A stretch of DNA of 64,000 nt from Myxococcales bacterium (GCA_002726535.1 PBTG01000079.1:9615-73614); one strand, 5' to 3'. Shown: positions 9,922 to 19,747, numbered from the stretch's first letter. The notes: generated by a model from the sequence alone, not told the origin. Numbers and translations: made by a program.

Positions 9922-12900
9922 GTGTCTGAAGCAAAGAAACTCGACGCTCGGATGCTCCAGTGGCAGGACCAGTTAAGCGGCCTGACTGAGACAAACAGGG
10001 AGCAAGTAACACGCACATTGGCGCGTTCAATCAGCGGGACAGTGGCCGATCTGAAAGTTGCCTACAGCAAGTTCAACGCATCAGAAGGAACGAGCAACCG
10101 ATACACCATCGAAAGCCAGACGGTGAGATTCAGAGAGCTCACCAAAGCAGCCGAGGGGTTGATAGGCCCAGGAGCGCTAAAGAACATCAAGGCGATCTAT
10201 GAAAACGATCTAAACGACGCCTACTCGCTCGGGACGTCTGCAAGCAGAGATCTCACCAAGATCGTTGATGGCGCGGACACAAGCGCACAAGCAATGATCT
10301 CGAAGATGCCTGTAGCTGCGCAGGCAGCAGCAGGTCAGAACTTGATGCAGTTCTGGGACAAAGAAAAAGCAGCCTTAACCAACAAAGTCAGAGAAGCGAC
10401 CCTCTCCGCATTGCAGCGCGGCAAAGGATGGGCATCAGCTCAAAAAGACATCGCACAGGCCCTTCGCTCAAGTGGCCAGACAATCCTGAGGGGTAGAGAC
10501 GAGCTCAGCGTCACGGCCCGCGGCGGAATCGTGATGAACCTCGAGCAGCGGGCTGATCTGATCGCAAAGACGGAGATGGCTAACGCTTACATCCAGGGCC
10601 AGATATCGCAGTACAAACAAAACGGATACACACACGGCAGATGGTCGGCCACGGGTGAAAGAACTTGCCCGTTTTGTGTGAGTCGTGAGGGCAACATCTA
10701 TACCCTCGACGAGCTCGAAGGCGCGATCCCTGCGCATCCTCGCTGTCGTTGCACGATCGCCCCTGTCCTTGAGGAGAACGTCAAGAACGTCCAGAACGCA
10801 AGGGACCAGGGAGCGTCGGCGGCCCTGAACCTTGACGACGCTGGATGGACGGCAATACGTCAACAACGATTCAACGAATACCAGAAGTTCACCGGCAAGC
10901 CATTAGCTGATCCATCTAGGTGGATGAATGCGCCTACCAGTCGCCAAAAATTTCTAAACCCCAGGGCACAAGGAGACAAGCCCGCGTGGATGCCGTCGGG
11001 GAATGTTGTGCCAAACCTCGAGGGCGCACAGGCCGCCGCGATCAGAGCAAAGGATCTCGAGGCCGCTTCGAAAGAAGACCAGAAGGATCTGGATGCACAG
11101 AACAAAGAGATCGAAAAGCAGAAGCAAGCCGCGAAGCTGGTGAAAGAGCGCAAGGGCGAGGAGTTCACCTTTAAGCGCTTTAGCGACGCTACCGGCGACG
11201 AACCAGGTCCGGACACGAACTGGACTTCCGAGAGGCAGAAGCTGCACGACAAAATTGTTCAGAACTTCCTGAAGGACGGCAAGAAAAGCGCGACTCCAAC
11301 TTTCACCATGTCTGGCGGCGGCCCGGCTTCAGGGAAGGGCTTCATGCTGAAGAAGACCGGCCTAGATCAACCCGGCAAGGTAGTGATTGATGCCGATGAG
11401 ATCAAAAAGCTCATCCCTGAGTACGCCAAAGCCCAGAAGAAAGGCGGCGATGCACAGCAAGCTGCGGCGGGCGTTGTTCACGAGGAGTCGAGCTATCTCG
11501 CCAAGCGAATCATGGGCGAAGCTTCCAAGCGTGGTTTTGACATCGTTCTCGACGGCACTGGAGATAGCGGCATCAAGTCGCTAACCAAAAAGGTTCAGAA
11601 GATGCGCGATGAGGGGTATCGAGTTGAGGGGAAATATGTCAGCGCAGATACGGAGACCGCTGCACAGCGCAACTGGGATCGCTTCCTCAAAACTGGCCGG
11701 CTCCCACCCGAGTGGATGCTCCGCAATGTTCACGCCGACGTCTCGCGCACTTTGCCTAAGGCAATGCAGGACGGCCTGTTCGATGAGATCGAGCTTTATG
11801 ACACGAACAAGTCAGGGGAGCTGCGCAAGGTAGCCAGCCAGAAGGGCAAAAATAATCCAAAGATCCACGACAGCAAACTTTGGGACGACTTCAAGCGCAA
11901 GGGTGAGGCTGGACTTGTCACAAAAGAGCAGGGCGAGCGGCTAATCGAAGCCCGCAAACTGAAGGTGGACGTTAAAGCCAAGAGCAGCCACGGCAAGCAC
12001 AGCAATGCTCGCGCCGAAGGGGCCGAGCCTGGCCCCGATACCGTGTGGACCCTTGACCGCCAGAAGCTCCATAAGGAGATTGTCGACAAGTTCCTCGCCA
12101 ACGGTGCCAAGTCGGCTAACCCGACGTTCACCATGAGCGGAGGCGGCCCCGCTTCAGGTAAAGGCTTCATGCTGAAAGCCACTGGACTCGACAAGCCCGG
12201 AAAGGTCGTTATTGACGCAGACGAGATCAAAAAGCTGATTCCCGAGTATGCGGATGCCCAGAAGAAAGGTGGCAAAGCCCAACAGCAGGCAGCCGGATAT
12301 GTCCACGAAGAATCGAGCTACCTGGCCAAGCGGATCATGGCCGAAGCTGCGAAGCGCAGTTATGACGTCGTACTTGATGGCACAGGCGATAGCGGGATCA
12401 ATTCGCTATCCAAAAAAGTGCAAAAAATGCGTGACCAGGGCTATCGCGTTGAGGCGAAATACGTCAGTGCTGACACCGAGCTGGCTGCGCAAAGGAATTG
12501 GGATCGCTTCCTGAAAACAGGACGCCTACCGCCCGAGTGGATGCTTCGGAACGTTCATGCCGATGTGTCTCGGACACTTCCCGAGGCAATGAAGAAAGGC
12601 CTATTCGACGCGGTGGAGCTGTTTGACACCAATCTGAGCGGCCAACTGCGCAAGGTCGTCAGCCAGAAAGGCAAAAGCAAGCCCGAGATTCTCGACAAGC
12701 AGTTATGGAACGACTTCCAGAACAAGGGAAAAGCCAAGCAGGTCACGCCCGAGGAAGGCGAGGCAATGATCGCCAAGCGAAAGGCCGAGACCGAGGACCT
12801 CTCAAAGACAAGATCTGCAGGCACAGGCAAAACACCCGCAAAGACAAAGCCTTCCCCCACTAAGGCAAAGGAGAGCGACATGGTTGACCGGGCGACGCGA

Positions 12901-15126
12901 ATGAAGACCAGCGACGTCTTGGCTGATCCCTCCCGCTTCCAGTACAAGGTCAACTCGAACAGCAAGACAGGGGAGGTCGGCTCACTGTCCGGGGTCAAGA
13001 CTTGGAACGAGGATTTGGCAGGCGTTCTTTCGGTCTGGAAGGACCCGGCCAACGGGAAGACCTACGTCATCAACGGACACAACAGGCTTGCGCTAGCAAA
13101 GAAGCTCGGCGCCAAAGAGCTCCCCGTTGTTGTCATTAACGCCAAAGACGCCAAGGCGGCAAGGTCGATCGGCGCGAAACAAAACATCGCGAACGGTGAT
13201 GGAACCGCAATTGATGCGGCCAAGTTCATGCGCGACACCAACACAACAGCGCGAAGCCTGAAGGCCCAGGGCCTGAATTTGAAAGGATCTATCGCTTCAG
13301 ATGGCGCTGCCCTGGCGAACCTGCCCGACCATATTTTTAGGGCCGCTCTTGAGGGCCGGCTGTCGATCAGTCGAGCAGCCGCAATTGGTCGAAGTGGCCT
13401 GTCATCCGGGCAGATGAACAGCGCTTACAACGTGTTGAAGACAAAGCCTTCGATGTCTGTGGGCACTCTCGACGAGGTGCTTTCGAATGCCAGAGCTTCA
13501 GTAACACGCACCACAAGCGAAGAGACACTGTTCGGGACAACTACTACTCAGACTTCGACCCTGGTCGAGCGGGCCGATTTGGCCGCGAAGTTAAAGGCTG
13601 ATATGGGCAAAGAGGTGAGGATCCTCGACAAGGCTGCAGGCCGTGCCGATGTATTGAACAGCAAAGGAAACCGGATTGATGCGGGCAAGGCTCAGGTGAA
13701 GGCGGCTGAAGCGCAGGCACGCCTCGAGGTTTTTGAGCTGACAAAAAACAGTCAGGGTTCGAACCTGAACAAGACGCTGAACGAGGCCGCTTCTGCAATC
13801 CAGGATGCCGGTGGACGCTCGGCCAAGGCTCAGGCCACCAAGACCGGGAGAACAGCCGTCGATCAGGCCCTCGACGCAGAAATTGCAGCAATGAAGAAAA
13901 ACAGCAGCGGCTTACTTCGAAGCATCGCTGACCTCAAAGCCGTGGAGGCCGGCAAGGTCGCCCGCCCGCCCGAGCTCGCACTTGCTGCGGAAGCTCCAGA
14001 CTTGACTATCGACAAACGGCCCACGCGGTTGCTCGATCCGAAGACTGCGAAGGCAGGGTCAATCGGAGCTTTAAGGGTTAATCAAATCAAAGCCGACCCG
14101 AAGCGCTTCCAATACAAAGCCGCAACCGTCGCCGCCACTGGTGAGGTGGGTTCACTCGATGGAGTCCAGCGGTTCGACCCCAATCTCGCCGGAGTTATCA
14201 GCGTGTGGAAGGACCCAGCCAATGGGCAGACATACGTTATCAACGGCCACAACCGCCTAGCCGCGGCGAAGCGATTAGGGGCCGACGATATCGCTGTCAG
14301 ATATCTCAAAGCCGACAGGGCTGAGGATGCACGCTCTATCGGAGCACTGGCCAACATTGCCGAGGGCCACGGAACGGCGCTTGACGCCGCGAAGTTCATG
14401 AGAGCTAAGGGCTACTCCGGCACTGACATGAGGGCGCGGGGAATTGCCATGAAAAAAGATGTTGCCCGTGATGGCGCCGCTCTGGCCAACCTCCCCGAAG
14501 AAATCTTTGGGGATGTGGTGAACGAGAACATCTCAATAGAGAAAGCGTCTGCAATTGGATCCGGCGGACTGGACCGAAAGGGGATGGAGGCCGTCTACAG
14601 AAATCTGAGAACCCGGCCGGCGGCATCCGTGAAAACGGTGACCGAGCTTGTCGCGGCTGAAAAGATGTCGATGGAGATGGGGAGCACCGGCTCGCTATTT
14701 GCTGAATCCGCCGATGATCTGGCCTATCAGATGAACCGGGCCGACTTGACCGGCAAGGTTCGCGACGACTTGTTAAAAGAAAAATCACTCTTTAAGGCGG
14801 TAAGCACAAGCCGGGCGGCTCGTGATCTTGAGAAGGCAGGCTCGACTCTTGACCTGGCAGCCAACAGCAAGGCTGCGGCTCAGGCCGAGACGATCCTTTC
14901 CGTGTTTGATCAACTGAAAAACAGCAGCGGCCCTGTGGCCTCCGCCCTTAGCAGTGGCGCCCGAGATCTCGCTGTCGCCAAAACTGCTGCTGAGAAGAAT
15001 GTTGTCCGCCGCAGAGTGATGGATGACATCTCTAAGGCCGTCGATCAGGAACTTGGCGGAAACCTCGGCAGTGTGGAAGAACCACCTTCGGAGGCTCCCG
15101 GCCAGGAATCCCTGTTCGGGTTTTAA
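9922..15126 (+). CDS. Polyvalent virion protein: MuF/SPP1-gp7-like head-morphogenesis domain + 2x zeta-toxin-like P-loop kinase + 2x ParB-like nuclease domain
   Basis: GTG start. aa 240-280 CPFCVSREGNIYTLDELEGAIPAHPRCRCTIAP is the hallmark C-terminal motif of Mu F / SPP1 gp7 minor head proteins. aa ~425-660 and ~702-940 are two near-identical repeats (period 277 aa) with P-loop TFTMSGGGPASGKGF, VVIDADEIKKLIPEY and VLDGTGDSG (zeta-toxin-like). aa ~995-1190 and ~1385-1580 are two repeats with DP.RFQYK...TYVINGHNRLA(L/A)AK(K/R)LGA (ParB/Srx-like). Confidence 0.8.
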   Translation: MSEAKKLDARMLQWQDQLSGLTETNREQVTRTLARSISGTVADLKVAYSKFNASEGTSNRYTIESQTVRFRELTKAAEGLIGPGALKNIKAIYENDLNDAYSLGTSASRDLTKIVDGADTSAQAMISKMPVAAQAAAGQNLMQFWDKEKAALTNKVREATLSALQRGKGWASAQKDIAQALRSSGQTILRGRDELSVTARGGIVMNLEQRADLIAKTEMANAYIQGQISQYKQNGYTHGRWSATGERTCPFCVSREGNIYTLDELEGAIPAHPRCRCTIAPVLEENVKNVQNARDQGASAALNLDDAGWTAIRQQRFNEYQKFTGKPLADPSRWMNAPTSRQKFLNPRAQGDKPAWMPSGNVVPNLEGAQAAAIRAKDLEAASKEDQKDLDAQNKEIEKQKQAAKLVKERKGEEFTFKRFSDATGDEPGPDTNWTSERQKLHDKIVQNFLKDGKKSATPTFTMSGGGPASGKGFMLKKTGLDQPGKVVIDADEIKKLIPEYAKAQKKGGDAQQAAAGVVHEESSYLAKRIMGEASKRGFDIVLDGTGDSGIKSLTKKVQKMRDEGYRVEGKYVSADTETAAQRNWDRFLKTGRLPPEWMLRNVHADVSRTLPKAMQDGLFDEIELYDTNKSGELRKVASQKGKNNPKIHDSKLWDDFKRKGEAGLVTKEQGERLIEARKLKVDVKAKSSHGKHSNARAEGAEPGPDTVWTLDRQKLHKEIVDKFLANGAKSANPTFTMSGGGPASGKGFMLKATGLDKPGKVVIDADEIKKLIPEYADAQKKGGKAQQQAAGYVHEESSYLAKRIMAEAAKRSYDVVLDGTGDSGINSLSKKVQKMRDQGYRVEAKYVSADTELAAQRNWDRFLKTGRLPPEWMLRNVHADVSRTLPEAMKKGLFDAVELFDTNLSGQLRKVVSQKGKSKPEILDKQLWNDFQNKGKAKQVTPEEGEAMIAKRKAETEDLSKTRSAGTGKTPAKTKPSPTKAKESDMVDRATRMKTSDVLADPSRFQYKVNSNSKTGEVGSLSGVKTWNEDLAGVLSVWKDPANGKTYVINGHNRLALAKKLGAKELPVVVINAKDAKAARSIGAKQNIANGDGTAIDAAKFMRDTNTTARSLKAQGLNLKGSIASDGAALANLPDHIFRAALEGRLSISRAAAIGRSGLSSGQMNSAYNVLKTKPSMSVGTLDEVLSNARASVTRTTSEETLFGTTTTQTSTLVERADLAAKLKADMGKEVRILDKAAGRADVLNSKGNRIDAGKAQVKAAEAQARLEVFELTKNSQGSNLNKTLNEAASAIQDAGGRSAKAQATKTGRTAVDQALDAEIAAMKKNSSGLLRSIADLKAVEAGKVARPPELALAAEAPDLTIDKRPTRLLDPKTAKAGSIGALRVNQIKADPKRFQYKAATVAATGEVGSLDGVQRFDPNLAGVISVWKDPANGQTYVINGHNRLAAAKRLGADDIAVRYLKADRAEDARSIGALANIAEGHGTALDAAKFMRAKGYSGTDMRARGIAMKKDVARDGAALANLPEEIFGDVVNENISIEKASAIGSGGLDRKGMEAVYRNLRTRPAASVKTVTELVAAEKMSMEMGSTGSLFAESADDLAYQMNRADLTGKVRDDLLKEKSLFKAVSTSRAARDLEKAGSTLDLAANSKAAAQAETILSVFDQLKNSSGPVASALSSGARDLAVAKTAAEKNVVRRRVMDDISKAVDQELGGNLGSVEEPPSEAPGQESLFGF

Positions 15127-15141
15127 AAAGTAAACTGAACC

Positions 15142-15381
15142 ATGATCGATCTCAGTAATCAAGCGATTCGCGAAAGTTTCGATGCCATGCTCGAAGCCGT
15201 GTCAGAAGTGATTTCACCGGAGGAGCTAGTGATCTGGCATCACCGGATCGAAAACTGTGACAACCTCAGCCAGGCTGCAGAGGTGACCACCCAGATGATC
15301 GGCCGGCCGATGTCAGACGAGGAGCGACAGGAGGCTGACGAGGTCCGCCAGTCGCTAATCCTGTACGGAGAGGATCTTTGA
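15142..15381 (+). CDS. Hypothetical small acidic protein
   Basis: ORF track. The ATG lies 16 nt after the stop of the polyvalent gene. No recognised motif. Confidence 0.35.
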   Translation: MIDLSNQAIRESFDAMLEAVSEVISPEELVIWHHRIENCDNLSQAAEVTTQMIGRPMSDEERQEADEVRQSLILYGEDL

Positions 15382-15398
15382 TGAGGGCCGTTAGTACC

Positions 15399-15437
15399 GG
15401 TTCGAACCTTGACAGGTCCGGTCCGGAAAGGTAAGTT
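15399..15437 (+). promoter_or_regulatory. Sigma70-like promoter preceded by GGTTCGAACC palindrome
   Basis: GGTTCGAACC-TTGACA-N17-TAAGTT, then an AGGAGG RBS and ATG 15467. Confidence 0.45.
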
Positions 15438-15466
15438 ATGCACGACGCCCTCAGGAGGCAAAACCA

Positions 15467-15667
15467 ATGGCTCTCTATGCCGACGAGATGGAGAAGATTG
15501 TCACCCAAGTAGCTCGCGGTGAAGAGCCACAGGTCCGCGAATCGAAAGATGCGGCGGAATTCCGTGAGGGGGTCACCAACGAAATCGAAGAAGCCCGCAA
15601 GATCGCAGAAGAGCGCGGCCTCGACTTCATGGTCGAGATCATTAACGAGACTCCAGAGATGTGGTGA
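15467..15667 (+). CDS. Hypothetical small acidic protein
   Basis: ORF track. Strong RBS AGGAGG 8 nt upstream. Preceded by the TTGACA-N17-TAAGTT promoter at 15409-15437. Confidence 0.4.
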   Translation: MALYADEMEKIVTQVARGEEPQVRESKDAAEFREGVTNEIEEARKIAEERGLDFMVEIINETPEMW

Positions 15668-15738
15668 TTGGCCTGAGAAGTCAATGCCTGAGTGAGCTTT
15701 TCATCTGACGGAACACTCAGGCAGTACCAAACTGACCA

Positions 15739-15984
15739 GTGACTCAGTCCGTAAACATCCTGCGAATCGTTTTTAATTCCGGCCGAGTCGTCGAAGAGCG
15801 TGGCGGAGAGGACATGATCATTGCTCTGTTTGCGCGAGACATTGAGGGCTTGATCGATTACATCATGGCTATCGATATGAGTGATGGGAAAGTGAATATC
15901 TACTGCGACGAAGACGACCAGCGATTTAATAACACTGAGGTCTTGATGTCGACGGATGTCCTCAGGTGGAACCGCCGGAGCTGA
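15739..15984 (+). CDS. Hypothetical protein
   Basis: ORF track only. Confidence 0.3.
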   Translation: MTQSVNILRIVFNSGRVVEERGGEDMIIALFARDIEGLIDYIMAIDMSDGKVNIYCDEDDQRFNNTEVLMSTDVLRWNRRS

Positions 15985-16117
15985 TTGTTACGAAACGCGA
16001 CAAGCTGGGGTAGAATGAAGCGCAGATGGTCCTCTTCGGGCATAATGAGCGCAGATCAGTTGAGCATCTCTTCGAGCTCCTGGTCGAAATCAATTCGTCC
16101 ATCTACAGATTTTTCTC

Positions 16118-16309
16118 ATGGCTACAGCCACCTGCATTGCAGCGACCCTGCTCGCTGTCCTATCGGTCCCATTTGCTGTTGTTCTCTGGCTAACCGAGAG
16201 CAAGTATCAGAAGGCGCGTCGCTGGCACAAGGCCGGCGCGACCTACAAGTTGATCGGAGAGCGTCTCGGATGTCACGCAACGACTGCTAAGCGCTGGAGC
16301 CTTGCTTAA
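16118..16309 (+). CDS. Small protein with predicted N-terminal TM helix and C-terminal HTH-like segment
   Basis: N-terminal IAATLLAVLSVPFAVVLWL is hydrophobic. GATYKLIGERLGCHATTAKRW resembles an HTH. A different-frame ORF (15985..16290) overlaps it, so the assignment is uncertain. Confidence 0.3.
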   Translation: MATATCIAATLLAVLSVPFAVVLWLTESKYQKARRWHKAGATYKLIGERLGCHATTAKRWSLA

Positions 16310-16400
16310 CTGCTCTGAAGGGGCAACGGTTGCAAGCGATCCGGGTAGAATGACTTATCAGCATTAGAACCTTGATCATCTTCGTCTTGCAGAACTTGAT

Positions 16401-16793
16401 GTGAAAATCGAACCCTCCCTGCAGATCATTCCTGGAGGCTCTGCCTTCAAGTCTCACGGCGGTCGGTTTGGCTATCGCGTCATCGGCCCTGTCTGCAGGC
16501 TCTACGACCGAAACGAGCTGCCCTGGCCATCCTGCAGCCTGAGTTGGAGAGGCAAGCAGCCAAGCTGGAACCGGGTCGGAAAGCGCTTGATTCCAGACAT
16601 GGCGGCGGCGAGATGTCCCAGCTACCAGGTCGAGGGTGTCGACGCTTACGGCAACACCTGGACACAGTCAATGACCCTTTACGAGGAGAAGCTCGTCAGT
16701 GATCTCAAACATTGGTGGATCACAAGGAAGCCTCAGAGTCAGGGCTATCCCGAACTTCCGCCCCAATCGCTCGGAGACTCCGATCATGTTTGA
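16401..16793 (+). CDS. Hypothetical protein
   Basis: ORF track (GTG/TTG start). No motif. Confidence 0.25.
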   Translation: MKIEPSLQIIPGGSAFKSHGGRFGYRVIGPVCRLYDRNELPWPSCSLSWRGKQPSWNRVGKRLIPDMAAARCPSYQVEGVDAYGNTWTQSMTLYEEKLVSDLKHWWITRKPQSQGYPELPPQSLGDSDHV

Positions 16794-17058
16794 CGACTTG
16801 ACCGATCATGGTTCGAATAGTTATAAAGATTTCATCGAGGCAATTTTGCTCGATACAAGCCACGACCTGCCTGCCGGCTCAGAAGCAATGTCCCTCAAAG
16901 AACTCAACATTCAGATCGATTGCGAGCTTCTTGAGGAGGCCCTGAGCGACTTCCTTCAAATTCCACTAGCCCGCCGCTCTGCCGCTATTGCTGATTTCGC
17001 AGAAGCTGACCCAGCCCTCGCGAAGAAGCTACACCTCGAGCTTCTTTTTCAGTCTTGA
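16786..17058 (+). CDS. Hypothetical acidic protein (internal ATG of ORF 16699..17058)
   Basis: The ATG at 16786 overlaps the stop of the upstream ORF (ATGTTTGA), suggesting translational coupling. Confidence 0.3.
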   Translation: MFDDLTDHGSNSYKDFIEAILLDTSHDLPAGSEAMSLKELNIQIDCELLEEALSDFLQIPLARRSAAIADFAEADPALAKKLHLELLFQS

Positions 17059-17249
17059 CTGATCAGCATTCGAACAAGTACAGGGCCATGAGTCAAATCG
17101 CCAGCCGCAATCCAGTCGTCCATCTATTGAGCGAACAGCTCGATACAGCTCTTGACGCTTACGGCCAAGACCAAAGCGAGGTCAACCGGTATCAGGTAGC
17201 CGTCGCCTCACAGCGTCTCATGAGCGCTGCTCGTGAGCTGGGGGTTTGA
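17055..17249 (+). CDS. Hypothetical protein
   Basis: ORF track. Start/stop overlap with neighbours (ATGA). Confidence 0.3.
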   Translation: MTDQHSNKYRAMSQIASRNPVVHLLSEQLDTALDAYGQDQSEVNRYQVAVASQRLMSAARELGV

Positions 17250-17932
17250 TGTTCCGCTCCCTGGTCGGGGCCTCCGCCTGCTTTGCCTGCCTAGCCCCCC
17301 TGCCTCACAGTTCCCCGCCTGTCCAGCCGCCACCGCCAGGGGCAATCAGGACCATGTCATTTCAGCAGCTTACGGAGAGCGAACAAACAGCAATAGTGGC
17401 CCGCGCTCTCAGCCCACTCCTCGATGCAATCGCCGATGTAGAGGGTGGCTCTCAGAGTCTCAACGCTGCAAATAGGGGCCGCGCTGGCGACACCCCCGGC
17501 GGATGCCTCAGCGTCCTCGGGCGCAACTGCACCGACATGACCGTGGGCGAAGTGATCCAGGCTCAGCGCTGGTCAATCTTTGCCGTCGGCGCTTATCAAT
17601 TCGTCCCCTGCACGCTCAAATCGTTGATCGCTAAAAGCGGATTTAATTCTGCGCGTCGTTTTGACAAGGTCACTCAGCAAGAGCTAGCCGTTTTAAACAT
17701 TAAATACATGAGGCCGCAGGTCTGGGCCTATGTCCTGGGCGAGCCCGTAAGTGCTTACCGTGCGGCTCTCGAGATGGCCAAGGAGTGGGCATCGGTCGGA
17801 CACCCTTCCGACAATCGGTCTTATTACGCGGGTGGCCGCGGCGGCAACAAAGCCAAGATCTCGACCTCGTTTGTCAGCCAAACATTGAGGGACGTTCGCG
17901 GAACACTGTCTCGGCCTCAGGTGATCCGATGA
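17246..17932 (+). CDS. Hypothetical protein with weak lysozyme-like (GH108-type EGG..D.GG) motif
   Basis: Translation contains DVEGGSQSLNAANRGRAGDTPGGC, a weak resemblance to the EGG...DPGG signature of GH108-type phage muramidases. I did not see the catalytic residues. Confidence 0.3.
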   Translation: MMFRSLVGASACFACLAPLPHSSPPVQPPPPGAIRTMSFQQLTESEQTAIVARALSPLLDAIADVEGGSQSLNAANRGRAGDTPGGCLSVLGRNCTDMTVGEVIQAQRWSIFAVGAYQFVPCTLKSLIAKSGFNSARRFDKVTQQELAVLNIKYMRPQVWAYVLGEPVSAYRAALEMAKEWASVGHPSDNRSYYAGGRGGNKAKISTSFVSQTLRDVRGTLSRPQVIR

Positions 17933-18204
17933 GACTTGATGATGAGTTCGGGCGCTTCCTGGCCTTTGCCATCGCCATACGTCGCCGTGACGAGGTAGCG
18001 GTCAAACAGTTCGCGACCAAGATGGCCACAGAGTTGGTCGAAGATTTTGAGATACAAGAGGCTTTAAAGAACACCACAATCAGAAACGCTGAGGGGCGCC
18101 GCCGCCAGGAAGAGAAACTTGAAACCGAGATGACTCAATACATGAAGCAGCTCGGCTCGTTAGTTGATGAAGATGGAATGGACTGGCTGAGAGAGCAGAT
18201 CTGA
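17929..18204 (+). CDS. Hypothetical protein
   Basis: The ATG overlaps the upstream stop (CCGATGAGAC). Charged, probably helical. Confidence 0.3.
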   Translation: MRLDDEFGRFLAFAIAIRRRDEVAVKQFATKMATELVEDFEIQEALKNTTIRNAEGRRRQEEKLETEMTQYMKQLGSLVDEDGMDWLREQI

Positions 18205-18216
18205 TATTCGGAACCC

Positions 18217-18699
18217 TTGAGGGATTCCAGACGTGCTCCTGTGACCTACTACGAAACCAGCGCGGTCCCTGACATCTCAACGGTCTGGGGCGAAAATGCA
18301 GCTCCCCTAAGCCAGACCAGAGAAGAGACAAGAGAGGACCTGCGCCGCATCCTGAATATCCCAGTAAGTCTTGAGGGCCTAGGCAATCTGACCCGTCAAA
18401 TGAACGCAACCGCTGAGCTTTCTGGCTCCGCCGCTGCAGGCATCGAAGCAAATATCGGGGAGTACAAAACGCTCGAAACCAGCCGAACCGCGATCCAGAA
18501 CAAAGCTTCGTGGGATGGGAGCGCACCACTGAAAAAAGCAGACGTCGTGGAGTACGACACAAGCCTTCTCGCCAGACCTGACGCGATCATCGCCCAGACG
18601 CAGGGGATCAACGCCCGCATGGGCCAGCTCGAAATGGAGATTCGCGTCTCATTAGGTCTGACGCCTGGACATGGCACCGCTCGCCTGTATCGCAGCTAA
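18217..18699 (+). CDS. Hypothetical virion/morphogenesis protein
   Basis: ORF track. Preceded by GGAACCCTTGA at 18200. Its stop overlaps the next start (TAATGG). Confidence 0.35.
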   Translation: MRDSRRAPVTYYETSAVPDISTVWGENAAPLSQTREETREDLRRILNIPVSLEGLGNLTRQMNATAELSGSAAAGIEANIGEYKTLETSRTAIQNKASWDGSAPLKKADVVEYDTSLLARPDAIIAQTQGINARMGQLEMEIRVSLGLTPGHGTARLYRS

Positions 18700-19172
18700 T
18701 GGCATCCCCACTCGCACAATTCGCTAACGCTCGAATCCTCTTCAAAGCCTCAGGCGCTCGCACTAACGGCCGAGACGGATTCAAGGTTGCGGAGGGTCAG
18801 TCTTATTTGATCCAAGCCTTTTTGAAACGCAGGTCCACCCCAGGACTGCTCGACGACCGACTAGGCCTCCCGGCAGTCGATGGAATGCCACTGCAATGGC
18901 AGGGGTATGTCATCAACTTTGCGCCAGTCAGCAGCGCAGAGTCCGCCGTCTTTCACTCGATCGACTTGGCAGGCTTGGCCTTCGACGAGTCGATGGCTCT
19001 TCCCGCAGAAGTACGAAGAGACTCGAAGGGCACTCTGCATGTTCCGGGTCATGAGCTGATTGAGATCAGATTCACCGACAAGGCCGGAAAGTTTGGAAGC
19101 GAGGGCATTGGCGGGATCATCCGAGGCGTTCTTGGCGACTCGCTATTCCTCGAAGGGGGACAAATCGGATGA
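18699..19172 (+). CDS. Hypothetical virion/morphogenesis protein
   Basis: ORF track. Coupled to its neighbours. Confidence 0.35.
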   Translation: MASPLAQFANARILFKASGARTNGRDGFKVAEGQSYLIQAFLKRRSTPGLLDDRLGLPAVDGMPLQWQGYVINFAPVSSAESAVFHSIDLAGLAFDESMALPAEVRRDSKGTLHVPGHELIEIRFTDKAGKFGSEGIGGIIRGVLGDSLFLEGGQIG

Positions 19173-19714
19173 CCAATATTCGCGCAACAATTGGGTTCGA
19201 AGTCACGTCCGACATCGAGGGAAAGCTGCGCCTAGCAACAGAACAAGCGTTTGCTCAGGTTGCTGGTGAGCTGACTGGACGCCTTGATGCGGCCGTGTCA
19301 GGTGACCATTGGCCATGGCCTGACGCAACACCTCGCTTCGGCGGCTCCAGGGATCTTCAATCTGCTGCTGATAACTGGAACACGTACCTGACAGGCAATG
19401 GCATGGGTCAGCGGCCAAAATCCGTGGCGGGCTCTCCTCGTTCGATTGTCGACAGCGGCAACCTCAAGCAATCCAGAGACTTCAGCCTGAATCGCGCCAC
19501 CTTGCAAGCCGAATGGAACTGGAACGCCGACTATGCGGCTGCGGTTCATGAAGGCGCATATATCCACCCGTTTGGCAACCGAAATAAAATCGTGCAAATA
19601 CCAGCGAGGCCCTGGACTCAGGCCGTGATCGAAGGCAACACGGTCGCCACGGGTATTCCGGTTTATCCCATAGCTGCAAACCTCAGGAAGTACATCAAGC
19701 AAAGGGTCGGCTGA
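19169..19714 (+). CDS. Hypothetical virion/morphogenesis protein
   Basis: ORF track. ATGA overlap with the upstream gene. Confidence 0.35.
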   Translation: MTNIRATIGFEVTSDIEGKLRLATEQAFAQVAGELTGRLDAAVSGDHWPWPDATPRFGGSRDLQSAADNWNTYLTGNGMGQRPKSVAGSPRSIVDSGNLKQSRDFSLNRATLQAEWNWNADYAAAVHEGAYIHPFGNRNKIVQIPARPWTQAVIEGNTVATGIPVYPIAANLRKYIKQRVG

Positions 19715-19747
19715 CCTCGGAACACTGGGCCAGTTCCCGGCTAACCC

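Noticed and set aside
11160-14700. A possible CRISPR array, suggested by the long direct repeats.
   Set aside because: The repeats are ~830-nt coding tandem duplications inside one ORF, not short repeat-spacer units. No cas genes are present.
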